A stretch of DNA of 64,000 nt, from contig CM097885.1 of the NCBI GenBank assembly GCA_044892525.1, forward strand, positions 50,966,001 through 51,030,000. Direction: 5' to 3'. The notes under the pieces were generated by a model, which was not told the DNA's origin, did no database searches, and saw only the letters and a list, made by a program, of their open reading frames with translations. The stretch's first letter is position 1. Each line of letters begins with the position of its first letter. The translations under genes and the position numbers were made by a program. The DNA comes from Schmidtea polychroa (lineage: Eukaryota). This document shows, piece by piece, positions 28,189 through 41,847 of the stretch.

Positions 28189-28779
28189 TTAATACGTTTT
28201 ATTCGTTTGTCATTATTTATAATTTTTATTAGGTCATAAATAGTTATTTGTTTCTTTGATTAAATTTAAATTATAAATTTAATGGTAGTTATTTGGTTTA
28301 TAAATGTTGACAAGAATACAACAGTTTCTGGGTTGTAAAATCAGTATTTATCATAAATTAATCATTTTAATTAATTTTTTTTATTTAATTCATTTACAAC
28401 ATTAAGAGTATTAACCACAGTGCTTTTCGTATTGGTAATATATATAATCAAAAAGTCTAATTATAATCAAATTTTATTTTTTCAAATAATAATATTTTAT
28501 AAAAAATAATCCGAGGTAATTATTTCAATATAGTAATATATAAATAAGGAATTCAATAAACAAACTCATTCAACATCAATGATTAAATTGTTAATAATAT
28601 TAATTTAATAAATCAATCACTTTAATTAATTAACTTAATTACCTTCGCACAGTAAGCTTCGATAATAATTAAAAAATTCATGAATTGTAGTCATTTTTAA
28701 GACATTTTAAATATATTAAAGAAAAATAACTTAGTAGGAAAATTTACTTGAAAATAATATTTATTTATATCGAAAGAAT

Positions 28780-28812
<33 letters not shown>

Positions 28813-29694
28813 GGACACCGCGTAATTATTTCATTTTGAAGTCCAATATAAAAAGTCAAATATAAAAGTAAAGAGATTAATCAGAAGTCCGAAAAAAGTT
28901 TATCATACATTATACTTTTCAGATAAATAATTCGCAAAACCTTCACGCAATTTCAAAGTAAATAATATAGAAATTAAACGCTTATTTTTGACGCAAAACC
29001 TTGAAGTCGCAATGAAAACCTATTTCATTCAGTTTTCATATGAAAAATTAAATTTATTCCGGAACCTAAAATTAATAGTAAATAATTAACAGATATATAG
29101 ATGTGATGATAATTGATAATAATTGATGATAATTGAAGTTTTAAATTTTTAAATAAAAACCAACAAAATAAAAAAAAATTAAAATAATAGTATAAAGAAT
29201 ATTTAACGAATTGATTCAAATTTTAAAAAATATGAAATTCGTTTGTTCTCCTCACCTCAACGGATAATATTATCCATAAAAATAATAATAATTATAGACA
29301 AATAGTTTCTGCCATTTAAGCCAATATTTTTGTTTTAATATTCATATTTTTTTAATTTGAATATTGAAATAACAAAAAATTAGCTTACAATCTAATCTGA
29401 AATTTGAAAATCATTAATTTTTATTTATCTCTAAAATTTAATTAAAAATAAGTTTATGAATTAATAAATCAATTAACTATTGATAATAAATCATGCAATA
29501 AATTTCATTTTGTTTAAATTGATAGCATTTGACACACTTTAATAATTTATAATAAAATATTTTATTATTAAAATAATATTTTGAAGTTCAAATTATTTTT
29601 CTTTTGAAATAATTTTAAAAATTAAATTTAGTAATAATAATAAGTAATAATAATAATAATAATAGTTTGGTGTGAGCCCGTCAGATACAAATTC

Positions 29695-30157
29695 GGGAAA
29701 GGGGATACTATGTAATAATACATAATACTTGACCCCATATATGATTACGCCAAAGGATGTATCAACGCATTGTCACTATCTATACACACAAGAAACTACG
29801 GTCTCACTATAGTAGTCACTGGTTACGACCTTACCACCATGTACTGACCAGTCGATGACCCCACGTACTGACCCAACATATTGACCAATGTCATCATACT
29901 GACCACACACGAGTACACAAATGGTATTTTTTGTACGGCTACCCCATCCCAACCCATCGACTACTACTCACATTACATTTCAACCAACCCAATGTAAAAA
30001 TCCACTACAATACTACAATACCACTATCAATACCCCGACCATCGACCAACGACAGCAAGAGACACAAAACACATAATGAAAAATGCATGCAAATTTATTA
30101 TAGTGTTTTTTGTTCCGAAATAAATAACCATTAACATATTGTTAACATATTGTTACA
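29695..30157 (+). mobile_element. Orphan 3' LTR with preceding polypurine tract
   Basis: gggaaagggga then TGTAATAATA (29711)…AATAAA (30119)…TATTGTTACA (30157); internal tactgacc repeats. Confidence 0.6.
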
Positions 30158-32431
30158 ATATAATTATTTTGAAATTATTAAAGAATTATGCAGGAAAATA
30201 CTTTTAATTTAGAATCGGATATAGAAAAAGAAGAAAATACACCGTAAAATTTAATTATAAAATAATTTAGAATATAAACTCTTTAGATTTACAGATATTT
30301 CTCAGGATACATTGCTTTTTCGCGAAGGTGAAAATCTGACAATGTAAGATTTATTCATTAAATTACAAAACATTAAAATATTTTACAGTATGTGTGGTAG
30401 CATTTCGAATATTGAAGAAGGTCCTTCGACATCTTTTGATTTGCTGAAAGAAATTCGCAAATCGTAAATTTAAATAAATTATTTTAATAAATTAATATTT
30501 TCATAGATATACAGAAAATGACAAAATTGGCTTATTAATGCCTTTGAGATTGGGAAAGAAGATTATAAAAATTTTAAAAACTATTTCATAAATGTACGCC
30601 GTTTCTTTCCTAATTGTATTAAAAAAATAAATGTCTTCGGTGATTAGTTTATTTATTTATAGTTAAAAAATATATCTAACTTACATTTTATCGAAATAAT
30701 TCCAAATAAATTCATAAAATGTCATAAAACCCCTTAAAAAACACCTGAAATTTAATTATCAATATGTTATATTATAAATGCTGACTAACAGTAATATTTA
30801 AGAACTTGAATAATGATCTCATAATTATATAAAATCAAACTTGAAATTAAAAAAATTACCTGAAAACCATTTTTAAGAAATTGAATAAATAAAATTGAAT
30901 GTAACTTCATTTTCACGTAAATGGTGAGTCACCTCAAATGATTTGCACACCAACGTGAATTATAGAGGTTACTAAATTTTGGAATTGGGTGTAATGAAAA
31001 TCTTATTAAATTGGAATGCAACTCATCCGATAAAGAAAGAAAATTGTCTGTGGACGAAACTTGATTTCCTCCTGTAACATCATACGAACTAATTATAATT
31101 AAGAATACACAATAAATTACCCATTAAGAAACTGTAAATGAATTTGTCAAAGCTTGAATAAATTTGATATTTACTATAATTCAATGTATTGAAGCCATAG
31201 CAAGTTTAGAAGCGTTTGATCGATATAACTATTACTTGATAGGTTAATAAATTTTAATCCCATGTAATAAAAATTTGAACTATTACAATCTTAAGTAATT
31301 GTTACACAAGTGTAATTAATTAATTTTTAAGAGATAACCGATAATTATTACTATAATTTTGTAAATTGTAAAAACTCATAATTTCTTCACTTATTTACTA
31401 ATATTTACTATTTCTCATTGATACCAAGTTAGGAATTACTAATAATATCCAAAATTCCCTAAAATAAACATTCACATGTTAGAAATTCCTAAAAATAAAT
31501 TGATATACCAGTATCAAATTTTGGGTCTAAATTATATTCTAATAATAATTTAATTACAAATTTTTCATTCTACAAAGGGGACATAAAAACTGACAAGTTA
31601 TTGACGATAGCCTTTTCTAGAAATTATTATAAATTCACAAAAGAATCTGTATAAATTGTTGATTAAATCACAATATATACCAGATAAATTATTTACAAAA
31701 ATTTATCATTCTATAAATACAGCAAAATGTCAGTAATCAAGACTAATCAATATTTTTTTGTAAAAAAAAATTGTAAATAAAATAATAAAATTTCTTTTAA
31801 GAAAGATGAATCAATGGAAGATCTACTCAGGCGTGTCAAACTTCTGTGATTTCTTTGGAAAGGTTGGTTATACTATTGATTATTCTTAGATGACAATTAC
31901 AAACCAAATTCTTCACTGAGATGGATTGAAGATGTCGTCTCCTAAAATAAATGTCAATTTTTAAAAGAATCGTTATCCCATGACCACATGCAAAATATGG
32001 ATGCAAAAGATGGAGCAAATCAATAATCAAATATATTTTACTGATCATATCAAATAATATGGAACTGTAATTTGCTCTCTAAAAGAAATAAGTATATTCA
32101 TTTACTAGTGCTTTGATTCAGTGACAAAGAATGCTTGAAGAGATGAATACACAGATGACACGGAATTCTAATAATATTTAGGGACCCTCTAAAAAATTGA
32201 GATTATCTTGTGCATGTTTATTTTAATTACTTTAAGTTTAAATGTTTAAGTTTAAATTTTATGTTTAATTATTTAAAAATATATATTTAAATATTTGAAA
32301 ATTGCGGTTAAACATTAAAACAAGAATAAATTAGAGCAAATTAGGATAAATTTAAAATAAATCTTACTGAAATTTTGATGAATATTCATTAAATTATACA
32401 CGATTTTATTATGAAATCAACTAGTTTTAGT

Positions 32432-32807
32432 GGTATACATTTATACCGCGCTGTTAATAACCGCGACCTTGAAAATCGCGACTTGTGAACAGAAAGATTA
32501 CATAATAACAAAATACATACAACTAAAATACTTACAATCTTAATCATAGTGATTTAACTATTTTGGAGAGAAAACAGAGAAAAATAATTAGTAGATCGCA
32601 AAGATTAAGAACGACAAGTTAAAACTAAAAAGTTATGAATTGAAAAGGTAAAAAAATAGAAAAAATGAAAATAAAAGAATAAAAATAATTAATTTAATAC
32701 ATCACTATGACGCGCTGTTATGATCGACGCTATTATTAATAGCTCGCAGTTTTGAGTGCGCGTTTTTTAACGGCGCGGTAGAAAGCGCGCGGTTATTGAA
32801 GTAAACC
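32432..32807. mobile_element. MULE/Mutator-type MITE
   Basis: Imperfect TIRs ggtatacatttataccgcgc / gcgcggttattgaagtaaacc; exact 9-bp TSD AGTTTTAGT. Confidence 0.8.
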
Positions 32808-32840
32808 AGTTTTAGTAGTCAATTTGAATTTGATTATGAT

Positions 32841-33562
32841 TTACAGTAATAGATTCTTTATTGATTGACTTTTGACAGTAAATTACATAAAATAATGTTA
32901 CATAAAATCTTAAAATACCGCAACCTAATACATTGATAAATATTGTAACATAATAAAATTAGTATTTATATGTCACGATTTCACTTTTAATTAAATTTTT
33001 CAAGATGAATAATAATGTTGTTAAAGAAAACAGCATTTTCAATGTCACAGAAATGACAAATGAAGAGGTTATAATTTATTCATTTTAATAAATTATAATA
33101 ATATAGGAAATCATAGTAAACGGATTTCGGACACAGCTCTTAAGGTCAATGAATAAGTTATACAGAATATCCCGATGGATGAAGTATGGCGATTAAGAAA
33201 AATGTTAAAGAATTAATATATAAAATTTGAAAGACATGATGGAATACGACAAAGAATATTCAATCAAATAAAAGAAATGAAGATTGAAAATTCAAAGCTA
33301 AGGATTCAATATCAGATCTTATCAGAGAAGCTAGATTTGTAATAAAATAAATTTTAGATTATTTCTGTTTGTTATTTTATATAAATATTTGTAAAAGTTA
33401 ATAAATTTTTATTTTTAATAATCTATGTCAATATTTTGATATTTCTACCAATTATTCAAAGAGTCTCATTAATAATATATCTTTTAAATGTTTTAGCACT
33501 TTATCGACAAATTTTGATTCATTTACTGTCAAAAGTCAATAACTAAAAAATCTATTATTGTA
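32841..33562. mobile_element. TIR element (~40-bp inverted ends) with a decayed internal reading frame
   Basis: tacagtaatagatt…ttgacttttgacagtaaa versus tttactgtcaaaagtcaa…aatctattattgta. Confidence 0.6.
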
Positions 33563-33744
33563 GTAGTGACAAATGATAAGTATAAACTAAGCCAGTTGTC
33601 TGCAAACCTTTTTGATGACGGGCCAAATTTGCATCAACTCCATAGATGACGAGCCGCATTATTAATTAGGGATTTAGATCCACAACCCTTCGACATCATC
33701 AAAAATCAAAGAGTATTTTATTATAATTATATATGAAAAATCGT

Positions 33745-33810
33745 ACATACTGGTATTTGAACCCAAGCACTGCAATGATACCAATGAATGTGATAACCAC
33801 TCGGCTATAA
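33745..33810 (-). ncRNA. tRNA-like Pol III (A/B box) remnant inside a hAT-like repeat starting at ~33593
   Basis: Minus strand TAGCCGAGTGG (A box)…GGTTCAAATAC (B box); no full cloverleaf. Confidence 0.45.
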
Positions 33811-33820
33811 TTCACACAGA

Positions 33821-33974
<154 letters not shown>

Positions 33975-34439
33975 TTAAAAATTATAAAGAACTTTTGCGT
34001 TTCAATAAATTTAAAAAATATTGAAGAATTCTAACAACCAACATTTATGTAAATTTATTATCCACCAAAATAACTTTAAAATTTTCAAAATAAACGGCTT
34101 TAACATATAAATAGTGTATTAGTTGAACTATGAGCCATAGAATATTTGACTTGAAATTTTATATTTAGACCCCCTCCTCCCAAAAGTATTTATTTTAATG
34201 AAGGGATTAATTTAATATTTTGTTTTAGTGAAGTGATTTTTTTAATTATTTGTTAAATGTTCTGATAATTATTTAAATTATAAATTATTGAATTAATTAA
34301 TATAAAAATAACAAGTAAATATGTAAATTATTCAAAACATAATAAATAAAAGAATATAACAAGAAAAATAAGCTTATTATAAGCAAATATGTGATGAAGA
34401 ATAAACTTTGAATCTTTATTTTCTTTTATCTATTTATGG

Positions 34440-34555
34440 GTTTGTTAGTACCTGGTTGTTGATATCTAGTTATTAGTACTTTGTTGTTGGTAGCTGATTG
34501 TTAGTACTTGGTTATTTTTAATCCGTTGTTAGTACCTAGTTGTTGGTATCTGGTA
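34440..34555. repeat. Degenerate 14-bp minisatellite (ttgttagtacctgg)
   Basis: Tandem variants visible. Confidence 0.7.
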
Positions 34556-35753
34556 TCGAGATTAAAAAAATCCTATGACTATAGTGTGAGTTTCATATTG
34601 ACATTCAACCAAACAATAGTAATAATTATGAAAAGAAATTTAAATCAAAAAGAAACAAATAAAAATTGAAAAAAAAATTTTTAATTTCTTTATTTCATTT
34701 CAATAAATATTAAAAAAAATCATTTCATTAAAACAAAATTAAAAAACTGAACCCTAAATTTTGTCATGTAAGAGAATGAGGTCTAATACATTTATATATA
34801 TATATATATATATACAATGTAGGCAAATACATAAATTATTTTTTTTACATTTTATTCTGTTTCTCATTTATTTAAACAATAAAATGGGTTGATAATATTT
34901 TCTATCAGAAGATAATAAAACTGTAACGGAATTGTTTAATAATAATTTTTATTTTTATAGTGTAAATGAAAATAATATCAAAATAATAAGATATCTATCA
35001 CGAATAAATTTATTCATCTGAGTTTAAGTTAAAAAAACTATCAAAATAATACGAAAAATAACTAGAAAGCCAATTTTCCAAAAATATTTTTGTAAGTAGT
35101 TAATCTTTTATCTTCCCCAAAAGCAAAGCAGCGGCTATCATATATACACATACACTCTATATTTGGTATAAAGAAGCGATAAAACAAACATGCAAAAGGA
35201 ATTCTAGTATTTCAATAACACCAAAACACACAAATTTCATTGAAAATCCAAATCTTCTCCCAAAACAGGAAAGGTAAAACACACAGACAAACAGAACTAC
35301 CTTGAAATAATTACCAAAAATTTTTTTTTGATTTTAGTTTGTCCTTAAAGGTATTGACTTCAAATTTCGAATTTCACTTTTGCATGTGTATTTCATTTTA
35401 TAAAAAATAATCCAAAATTTAGGTCAATGGAATTTTCAGAAGCACCGAATTTTGGGGAAAATTTAAATGAATCAATGAATATTTTACAAATAATCCACCA
35501 ATCAAATCAATCATAATTTTTCCAGCTAATGATAGGAGATTTTTATTTTGCCATATCAATGGAATCAAACTTCACTTACCAATACCTAATAGAAAAATTA
35601 TTTTTTCACTTCTTTACCAAAAGTGTCAGTGAAAAGAATTTTAGAAAGACACTTCGAACTTCTTAAAAGCTTTCAAATCCTAAAATAAATTTTGTTTTTT
35701 TTCTTGTAATATTGAAAAATCACAGAGTGACTATCGATTTTATTTTGTTTAAA

Positions 35754-37667
35754 ATGATCAGAGAAACTAAATTTATTGGTTTACAAGATCTATTTTTCTG
35801 GATATTTATCATGTTGGATCAAGTTCAATTTGGTCTCTCAGTTCAAGGGTGTATTACTATTATGAAAGACTCGAATTACAAAACGTCAATTTGTACTAAT
35901 TACAAAGCAAATTTCACTCGAATACCGGAAAAGTTTCCCGATCAGGTGGCAGAAATTATCATTGAAAATCAAAACCTCTCCGTTCTAGATTCAGCTCAAT
36001 TAAGTAATCTACCGAATTTGGTTAATTTAACGTTGAATAGTAATAAAATCACCAAGCTTGATCCCAATGCGTTTACCCATGTTCCCCAACTCATATCACT
36101 GCGATTGTCAGGAAATCAAATTTACCTGAGTGAAAATTCAATGCCGAGTAGTTCGTTGGTTTATTTGAAGAATCTTCATACCTTAGATTTGTCTGAAAAC
36201 CCGCTTGGGTTTGTTCCTGATTATTATTTTCAGTTACTTAAGCAATTGAGAATTCTCAATCTTTCAACTGCTAATAAAGGATTTTATATTGAAACCAATG
36301 GTTTATATGGACTGACAAATCTGCAGGTTTTAGATTTGACTAACAACCATTTCACGACCTTATCAGAAGGTTTAAGCACCTCACTAAAAGTGATGCAATT
36401 AAATGAGTTTTATTTATTCAATAATCCTTGGAATTGTGACTGCAACCTTCAATGGTTAAAGGCTTGGTTTACGAGCCACAAAGTTAAATATACTAAAGAT
36501 TTGAGTAAAGATATAACGATAAATGGTGGGAAAATAATGGACGATTTACAACCAAAATGTGAAAGTCCCTTTTATTTAAGTGAACGGAATATATTTTCAG
36601 ATTCAACAAATACAGATTCCATTGGGATTAATGATTTGAAATGTGCACCAAAGATTTTTACTCAAGATCGAGTTTATGAAATGACAAAGGATCACAATAT
36701 TACTTTCACATGTGAGTTTCATGCCAATCCAGGAGGAACGGTTACTTGGTCCAAAAATGGTATGATTGTCCAGAATCATTGGAGAAGAGTCAGTTGGAAT
36801 CGATCACAAGGTATAAAGTTTAAAGCTTGGCTAACATTACAGAATGTTGAGGAGAACGACAGTGGAAATTGGAGATGTATCTTAACAACTCAAGTAAGTA
36901 AAGTGAACGCCACATTTCTACTGAAAGTTGTTTCTCCTCAGAATATCATAGATTTTAAATCTATTTTAAAATATGTTGGAATCGGCGCAGTGACTTTGAT
37001 TTTACTCTTAGTAGTAATTGGAATAATTATATATTGTGTTTACGGATTCCAAATCCAAAACAACAGGCGGCCGAAAAAATCCTTATCGGCTATGTTAATA
37101 GAAGAAAAAGAAACTCCAGTAAAACAGAATTCGGGAAGTTATCACATTATTTCTAAACCTTGTAAAGAAACTGACTATAGCAATAAAATTATCGTATCTC
37201 CAATTGACGTTGCCCAATATTACACTTATCCGGTTATTGATTCCAATCATGCGTTCATTCAACCATGTTTAGAACAGTCACATTCTCCATTTTCCCATTA
37301 TTTGGTCAATGGATCCTCAACGATTTGTCCGCTTCATGGAGAATTGAGTAAGAAAAAATCACAGAAGTTTGATGACAGCTCAAACAGCAATGAAAATAAA
37401 TTACCCATTCAAATCCCACTTCCCGATTCGAATACAGACTCGATCCCTTGTCCAATTCATGGGGATGTTTTATCGTATTTATCATGTCCCGTGTCGACAA
37501 ATTCTCCATCTTTAAGCTCAACTGCAATTGGAAAACCAAATAAAGAATATGTACTCAGAGTAACCACATCTAATCCAAATACGGTGATTACTTCGAATTC
37601 TCTTTCAATGGATCTCAAATATCTGTCTTCCGGTCCACAAGCCACATCATTCAGTACAGCAATATAG
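35754..37667 (+). CDS. Single-pass LRR + Ig-domain membrane receptor (LIG family; kekkon/LRFN-like architecture), 637 aa, CDS uninterrupted
   Basis: First ATG at 35754, then a hydrophobic signal-like segment, LRRNT cysteines, ~6-7 LxxLxLxxN repeats, NPWNCDC LRRCT, Ig (FTC…W…DSGNWRC), TM (YVGIGAVTLILLLVVIGIIIYCV) and a cytoplasmic tail ending STAI; upstream polypyrimidine tract plus CAG (35724) suggests a 5'-UTR intron. Confidence 0.92.
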   Translation: MIRETKFIGLQDLFFWIFIMLDQVQFGLSVQGCITIMKDSNYKTSICTNYKANFTRIPEKFPDQVAEIIIENQNLSVLDSAQLSNLPNLVNLTLNSNKITKLDPNAFTHVPQLISLRLSGNQIYLSENSMPSSSLVYLKNLHTLDLSENPLGFVPDYYFQLLKQLRILNLSTANKGFYIETNGLYGLTNLQVLDLTNNHFTTLSEGLSTSLKVMQLNEFYLFNNPWNCDCNLQWLKAWFTSHKVKYTKDLSKDITINGGKIMDDLQPKCESPFYLSERNIFSDSTNTDSIGINDLKCAPKIFTQDRVYEMTKDHNITFTCEFHANPGGTVTWSKNGMIVQNHWRRVSWNRSQGIKFKAWLTLQNVEENDSGNWRCILTTQVSKVNATFLLKVVSPQNIIDFKSILKYVGIGAVTLILLLVVIGIIIYCVYGFQIQNNRRPKKSLSAMLIEEKETPVKQNSGSYHIISKPCKETDYSNKIIVSPIDVAQYYTYPVIDSNHAFIQPCLEQSHSPFSHYLVNGSSTICPLHGELSKKKSQKFDDSSNSNENKLPIQIPLPDSNTDSIPCPIHGDVLSYLSCPVSTNSPSLSSTAIGKPNKEYVLRVTTSNPNTVITSNSLSMDLKYLSSGPQATSFSTAI

Positions 37668-38924
37668 CATAACAAGGATAAACTATAAAATATTTTGTAT
37701 ACTTATAAAAACTAATTATTCATCATATATTAGATTATAGTAAACTTTGAAGAGTAAACAATTAACTAATTTATTATTAAATTAGAACAAAAACCATTTA
37801 ATTAAAACAAATGTAGAAAATAACGATGAAATCCCTATAAATCTCTGTATATAAGACTTACGAAATATTTAATTAAAATTCATAAAGAAGAATTAAATGT
37901 ATATTTTTATGTGCTCAATCGTATTCTCGTTCCCCGGTTGTTCAAATTTGACAAATACTATTTACTTACAGAAAAATGTGAAACCTGAATGAATAAATAT
38001 GATTTTATACAATTTTATTATTTTTATATTATTTAATTAGAATGCTCAATTTGTTTGACATCCACTTTATAAAAATTAAAACTTTTTTATGTTTTAGTTT
38101 AAGGCAAATAACACCTGATAAAGGACAAACAGAAAATTTTTGTTGAGTATAAAAATATATAGATATTTGATCTTTTATCAAAATGAAAAAATATATTGTT
38201 AAAAATCAGATCAAAGGTAAATAGGAAAATAAAGAACTTTATTTAAAGTAAATTGAATAAATTCTTAATATATATTTTTGTTTTAATATGTGTACAAATG
38301 TGTTTTAGTAAGAAAATTAGAGGATCAAAACTGATACAATTTTGGCCTTGAAATCTTTTTATAGTAAACTCGTAGATGTTTTATTTAAAATTTATTTAAA
38401 ATTTAATTTATTTTATTTAAAATACCATTATAATAAGGAAAAATACATTAAACCTTACAACTTTTTTTCAAAATAGAAAACATTAAACTCTTTCAATGAG
38501 TTTCTTTTCAGTTCATATTTCACAGACCATTGAAATTATAAATAACAAATGTTATGGATAACACTGTATAAATTTTCTTATTTGCCACGGGTTTTTATAA
38601 ATTTAAAACAATATATATCACAAAGCCTGTAATGTTTATATTATTTTATTGTTAGACATCGGTAAAAAAATATTCTAATCCATTACAAGTTAGAAATTCT
38701 AAAGGTTTACGGATGCACTTGTAAACAGTTTCTGTGTATGACGGTGTCTCAAGAGGCGAATATGATTTTTCATACGCCATGTTTACAAGTTTGCAGATAT
38801 TTGTTTCTGTGATTTAGTGAATTTGCAAGTGATGTGATTTCCAGTGTAGCAGGTAAAGTATGCAATAGAGTTGAATCAGCAATATTGTATACTTACCTGG
38901 CACGAAGAGAAATCTTCGCGTCTC

Positions 38925-38975
38925 TCTCATAGTACTGATGAGAGCCAAAAACTCGAAACTAGTCAACTATTGGGA
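38925..38975 (+). ncRNA. Type I hammerhead ribozyme motif
   Basis: tctcatagta-CTGATGA-gag(ccaaaaa)ctc-GAAA-ctag-TC-aactattggga: complete core, stem II GAG/CTC, palindromic stem III, GUC cleavage triplet, stem I pairing. Confidence 0.8.
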
Positions 38976-39004
38976 TTTGCACTAGGTATCTATACATATA
39001 TTCA

Positions 39005-39143
39005 CTTGAAAAAGGCAGTGCCGAAAATAAGTGAGTATCAACAAACAGCGATATATTACTGATTTATAGTCTTCAAACTCTCTTTTTAATAAATTCAATG
39101 GAAAAAATAATCAATGGTGAAATGGAGAAGAGAAAAAAGGTCT

Positions 39144-39145
<2 letters not shown>
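39005..39145 (+). repeat. Dispersed ~140-bp repeat (copies at ~55465-55590 and partial at 56604-56650)
   Basis: cttgaaaaa.gcagtgccgaaaat…gatatattactgatttatagtcttcaaactctctttttaataaattcaatgg shared. Confidence 0.8.
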
Positions 39146-39175
<30 letters not shown>

Positions 39176-39178
<3 letters not shown>

Positions 39179-40281
39179 GATTATGATTTTGAGCCCTTTT
39201 TTTCAAAACATTTTACTTGCCTGCCTGTAACGAGTAACATTATTGGACGTCAGAGAAAGAAAGGCGAGGATGGACAAAATTACAGAAGAAATGATATGTA
39301 TTTGGATGAAATTTAATTTTCCCGTTGTATCAAAACAACGTGTTTTCGTTAAAATAAGTAATTCGATTGATTTGTATATTAATTATCGTAAGAAAAGAAA
39401 TGAAAATTTCGAGAAGGATTTGGTTGGTGTTTTTGACATTATAAAAGAAAAAAAGTATTGCTTGAGTTCAGAAGACAAACAGCTGCATTTAACAATGGTT
39501 GAATCCAAGGGTAGAATCGGATTTACAACCTGGAAATTGGCATCTGTATCAACAATTCATACTTCAAAGCGAAGTAGAGTAGCAGTAACATCAATTGAGC
39601 AAAGTACTGGCGAATTATCCGATTAATGCTTGGATGAAAATATTTCTATTATGTCACTTGATGCAGTAATGGAACCTGATTCACAGATAAAGAAGAGAAA
39701 ATACTAATGTACAGGAGTCTGCAACAGCTTAGGTAGCGAAAGCAATTGTCATATATGAACCCCGTCACAAGGTGGAGTGTGGAAAAATGTATTTATGGAA
39801 GTATTTATGAATACCAAGTTGTGTGCTTAAAAAGTCAGTTTTGAAGTTGAAATCTTGGAATAATTATTTGTAGAAGTGGTTCTGCAGAGGATATATTTAA
39901 TCAATGGAAGAATCTTTTAGATCAATCCGAGGCTTCGAAATGCATCAAAATGGTAGTCTGTGACACAACTACAGTTAATATTGGTCTAACACATTGAATT
40001 ATTGTACGGCTTCAAACCGAATTTCGAAGAAGAGGCTATAATAAACCACAATATATCGGTTGTCAAAATCATATTATGAACCTAGTTCTTAGACTTCAGT
40101 TTTCCAACTCATTCACAGAGTCCAAATATTAATTATGAATTTGTTGATTTAGATATCAGGTCATATAAGACTTCAGAAAACCTACTGTAGAAAGACGGAA
40201 CTACCTTTTATTAAAAATCCTGGATGAAGATTATTTTAAATTTTTGTTTGAGCTATGTGAGACATACAAATGGTACACGAT
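39176..40281 (+). mobile_element. hATm-like transposon, 3'-truncated second copy
   Basis: TAGGATTATGATTTTGAGCCC left end matches the reverse complement of the end at ~25000-25027; transposase fragments (ORF 39243-39626); 40050-40280 matches the reverse complement of 24080-24320. Confidence 0.8.
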
Positions 40282-41266
40282 ATATTTAACAATATTTTAT
40301 ATAAAATTTTAATAATAAGTGGGAAATATTTGAAGGCGAGGCATTGGTTATTATATCACAATCCCCACAATTAACTTTCAACCAGCAACGAATCTATTAA
40401 GATTATTTAATTAACTAATTAAATCATAACCATTTCTAATTTGAGTTCAAATAATTTATATACAAAACTTATGAAAATATAGATAAGATATTTTGACTGA
40501 AATGTCATGCACAATTTCATCATGAACATAGATTCGAAATTGATCATTAGTAAAGTGTCCAGACTAACTACTTTTAGGAGTACGATATCTCTTTTTGATA
40601 GTATGTACGTCTTAAGTTTTATGTACTCCTTAAGTCAATGGTTCTCAACTCGTGTTCCGCGATTACGCTTCCAGTGTTCCGCGAAAAAATCACATTTTAT
40701 CTTTAAATTTGCATTTAAGATACATATCATCAAAAACCTCAATTAATTTTTTTTATAAGATGATTCAATAAGAAAGCCGTTACACAGATATATAAACATA
40801 CAAATATAAAAGTGTTTTTATTACTTGTTATTGTTGCGCGTGGTTAAAGTTAACGCAATAATCCAATTTATTATTACAATGTTTTAGCTCACAAATAGTC
40901 AGTATCTCAGTTTAACCTCTACATATACTCAGCTCTATTATAATAGTTTGCAATAAAAGTGTTAAATATTTATTTTTAGTAATCTGAAAATGAGAATAAA
41001 CTTGAATTCATTCACTCAGTTCATTAAGCTATTTTCTTGACTCTGCTATAATTAAATCCCTTCCAAAATAATTAGTTTTGTGTAGACTAATGAACGATCC
41101 AATATCACCACCATTCATTTTAACAAGGAGAAATTTTTAATCTAGAAAAAAATTAATTTTCCACCTAATTCCTCAAAATAATCTAAAAGACCATCTCAAG
41201 AAATGTCAAAGGATTTCTCGTGTAAAACGTTACATTATCATTATTACTTTATTTCTTAATAACATA

Positions 41267-41431
41267 CAGTAAAATCTTATTTTTACACTGTAGGTATATT
41301 ATATATATTGCAAAATCATGTAAATAATTAAAAAAAATTTTTGGAATTCGTCTTAAATCAAAAATAACGTGTAAAAAATTTTAAAATTTCTTGACTTGTT
41401 ATTTCGAAATCGTGTAAAAAAGATTTTACTG
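41267..41431. mobile_element. Tc1/mariner-pogo type MITE
   Basis: TA-CAGTAAAATCTT…AAGATTTTACTG-TA. Confidence 0.8.
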
Positions 41432-41847
41432 TATTGATAATAAATAGCTGAAAATTTATCTAATTTGTATAAAATTTTCCAAAAATAAAATGAAAACCGT
41501 TATTCGAGTATCACCGACTTACCGATGTAAAAAAGGAAAGTAATCACGCCAATAAATAAAATTGCTAGAAAGGTTCAGATGTTGGTAACAAATGCGGTGA
41601 TAGGAACATTACCTGGTTATTACCAAAGAAAAAGAAATAAGTTTAAGACTATGACGAAAAAACGTTATCAAAAAGCAAGAAATTTAAATCAGTACAAGAA
41701 GAAATAGAAATTGATAATATTCTTCACGCAGTGAAAAAATCTAGTTGCGAACTCAGTTGGCATTGAAAGAGGTTATCTATTTTATTATTATTTTATTATT
41801 ATTATTGTGAGTGTTTAAATATTTATTGATAAAATAATTCGTTAATA

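Noticed and set aside
35712..35753. TTG start of the LRR-Ig ORF
   Set aside because: Eukaryotic gene; ATG 35754 precedes the signal-like segment and the upstream part resembles an intron 3' end
38889..38902. ATACTTACCTGGCA, identical to the U1 snRNA 5' end
   Set aside because: No downstream U1 stem-loops or Sm site; it is one arm of a hairpin in the retrozyme-like unit
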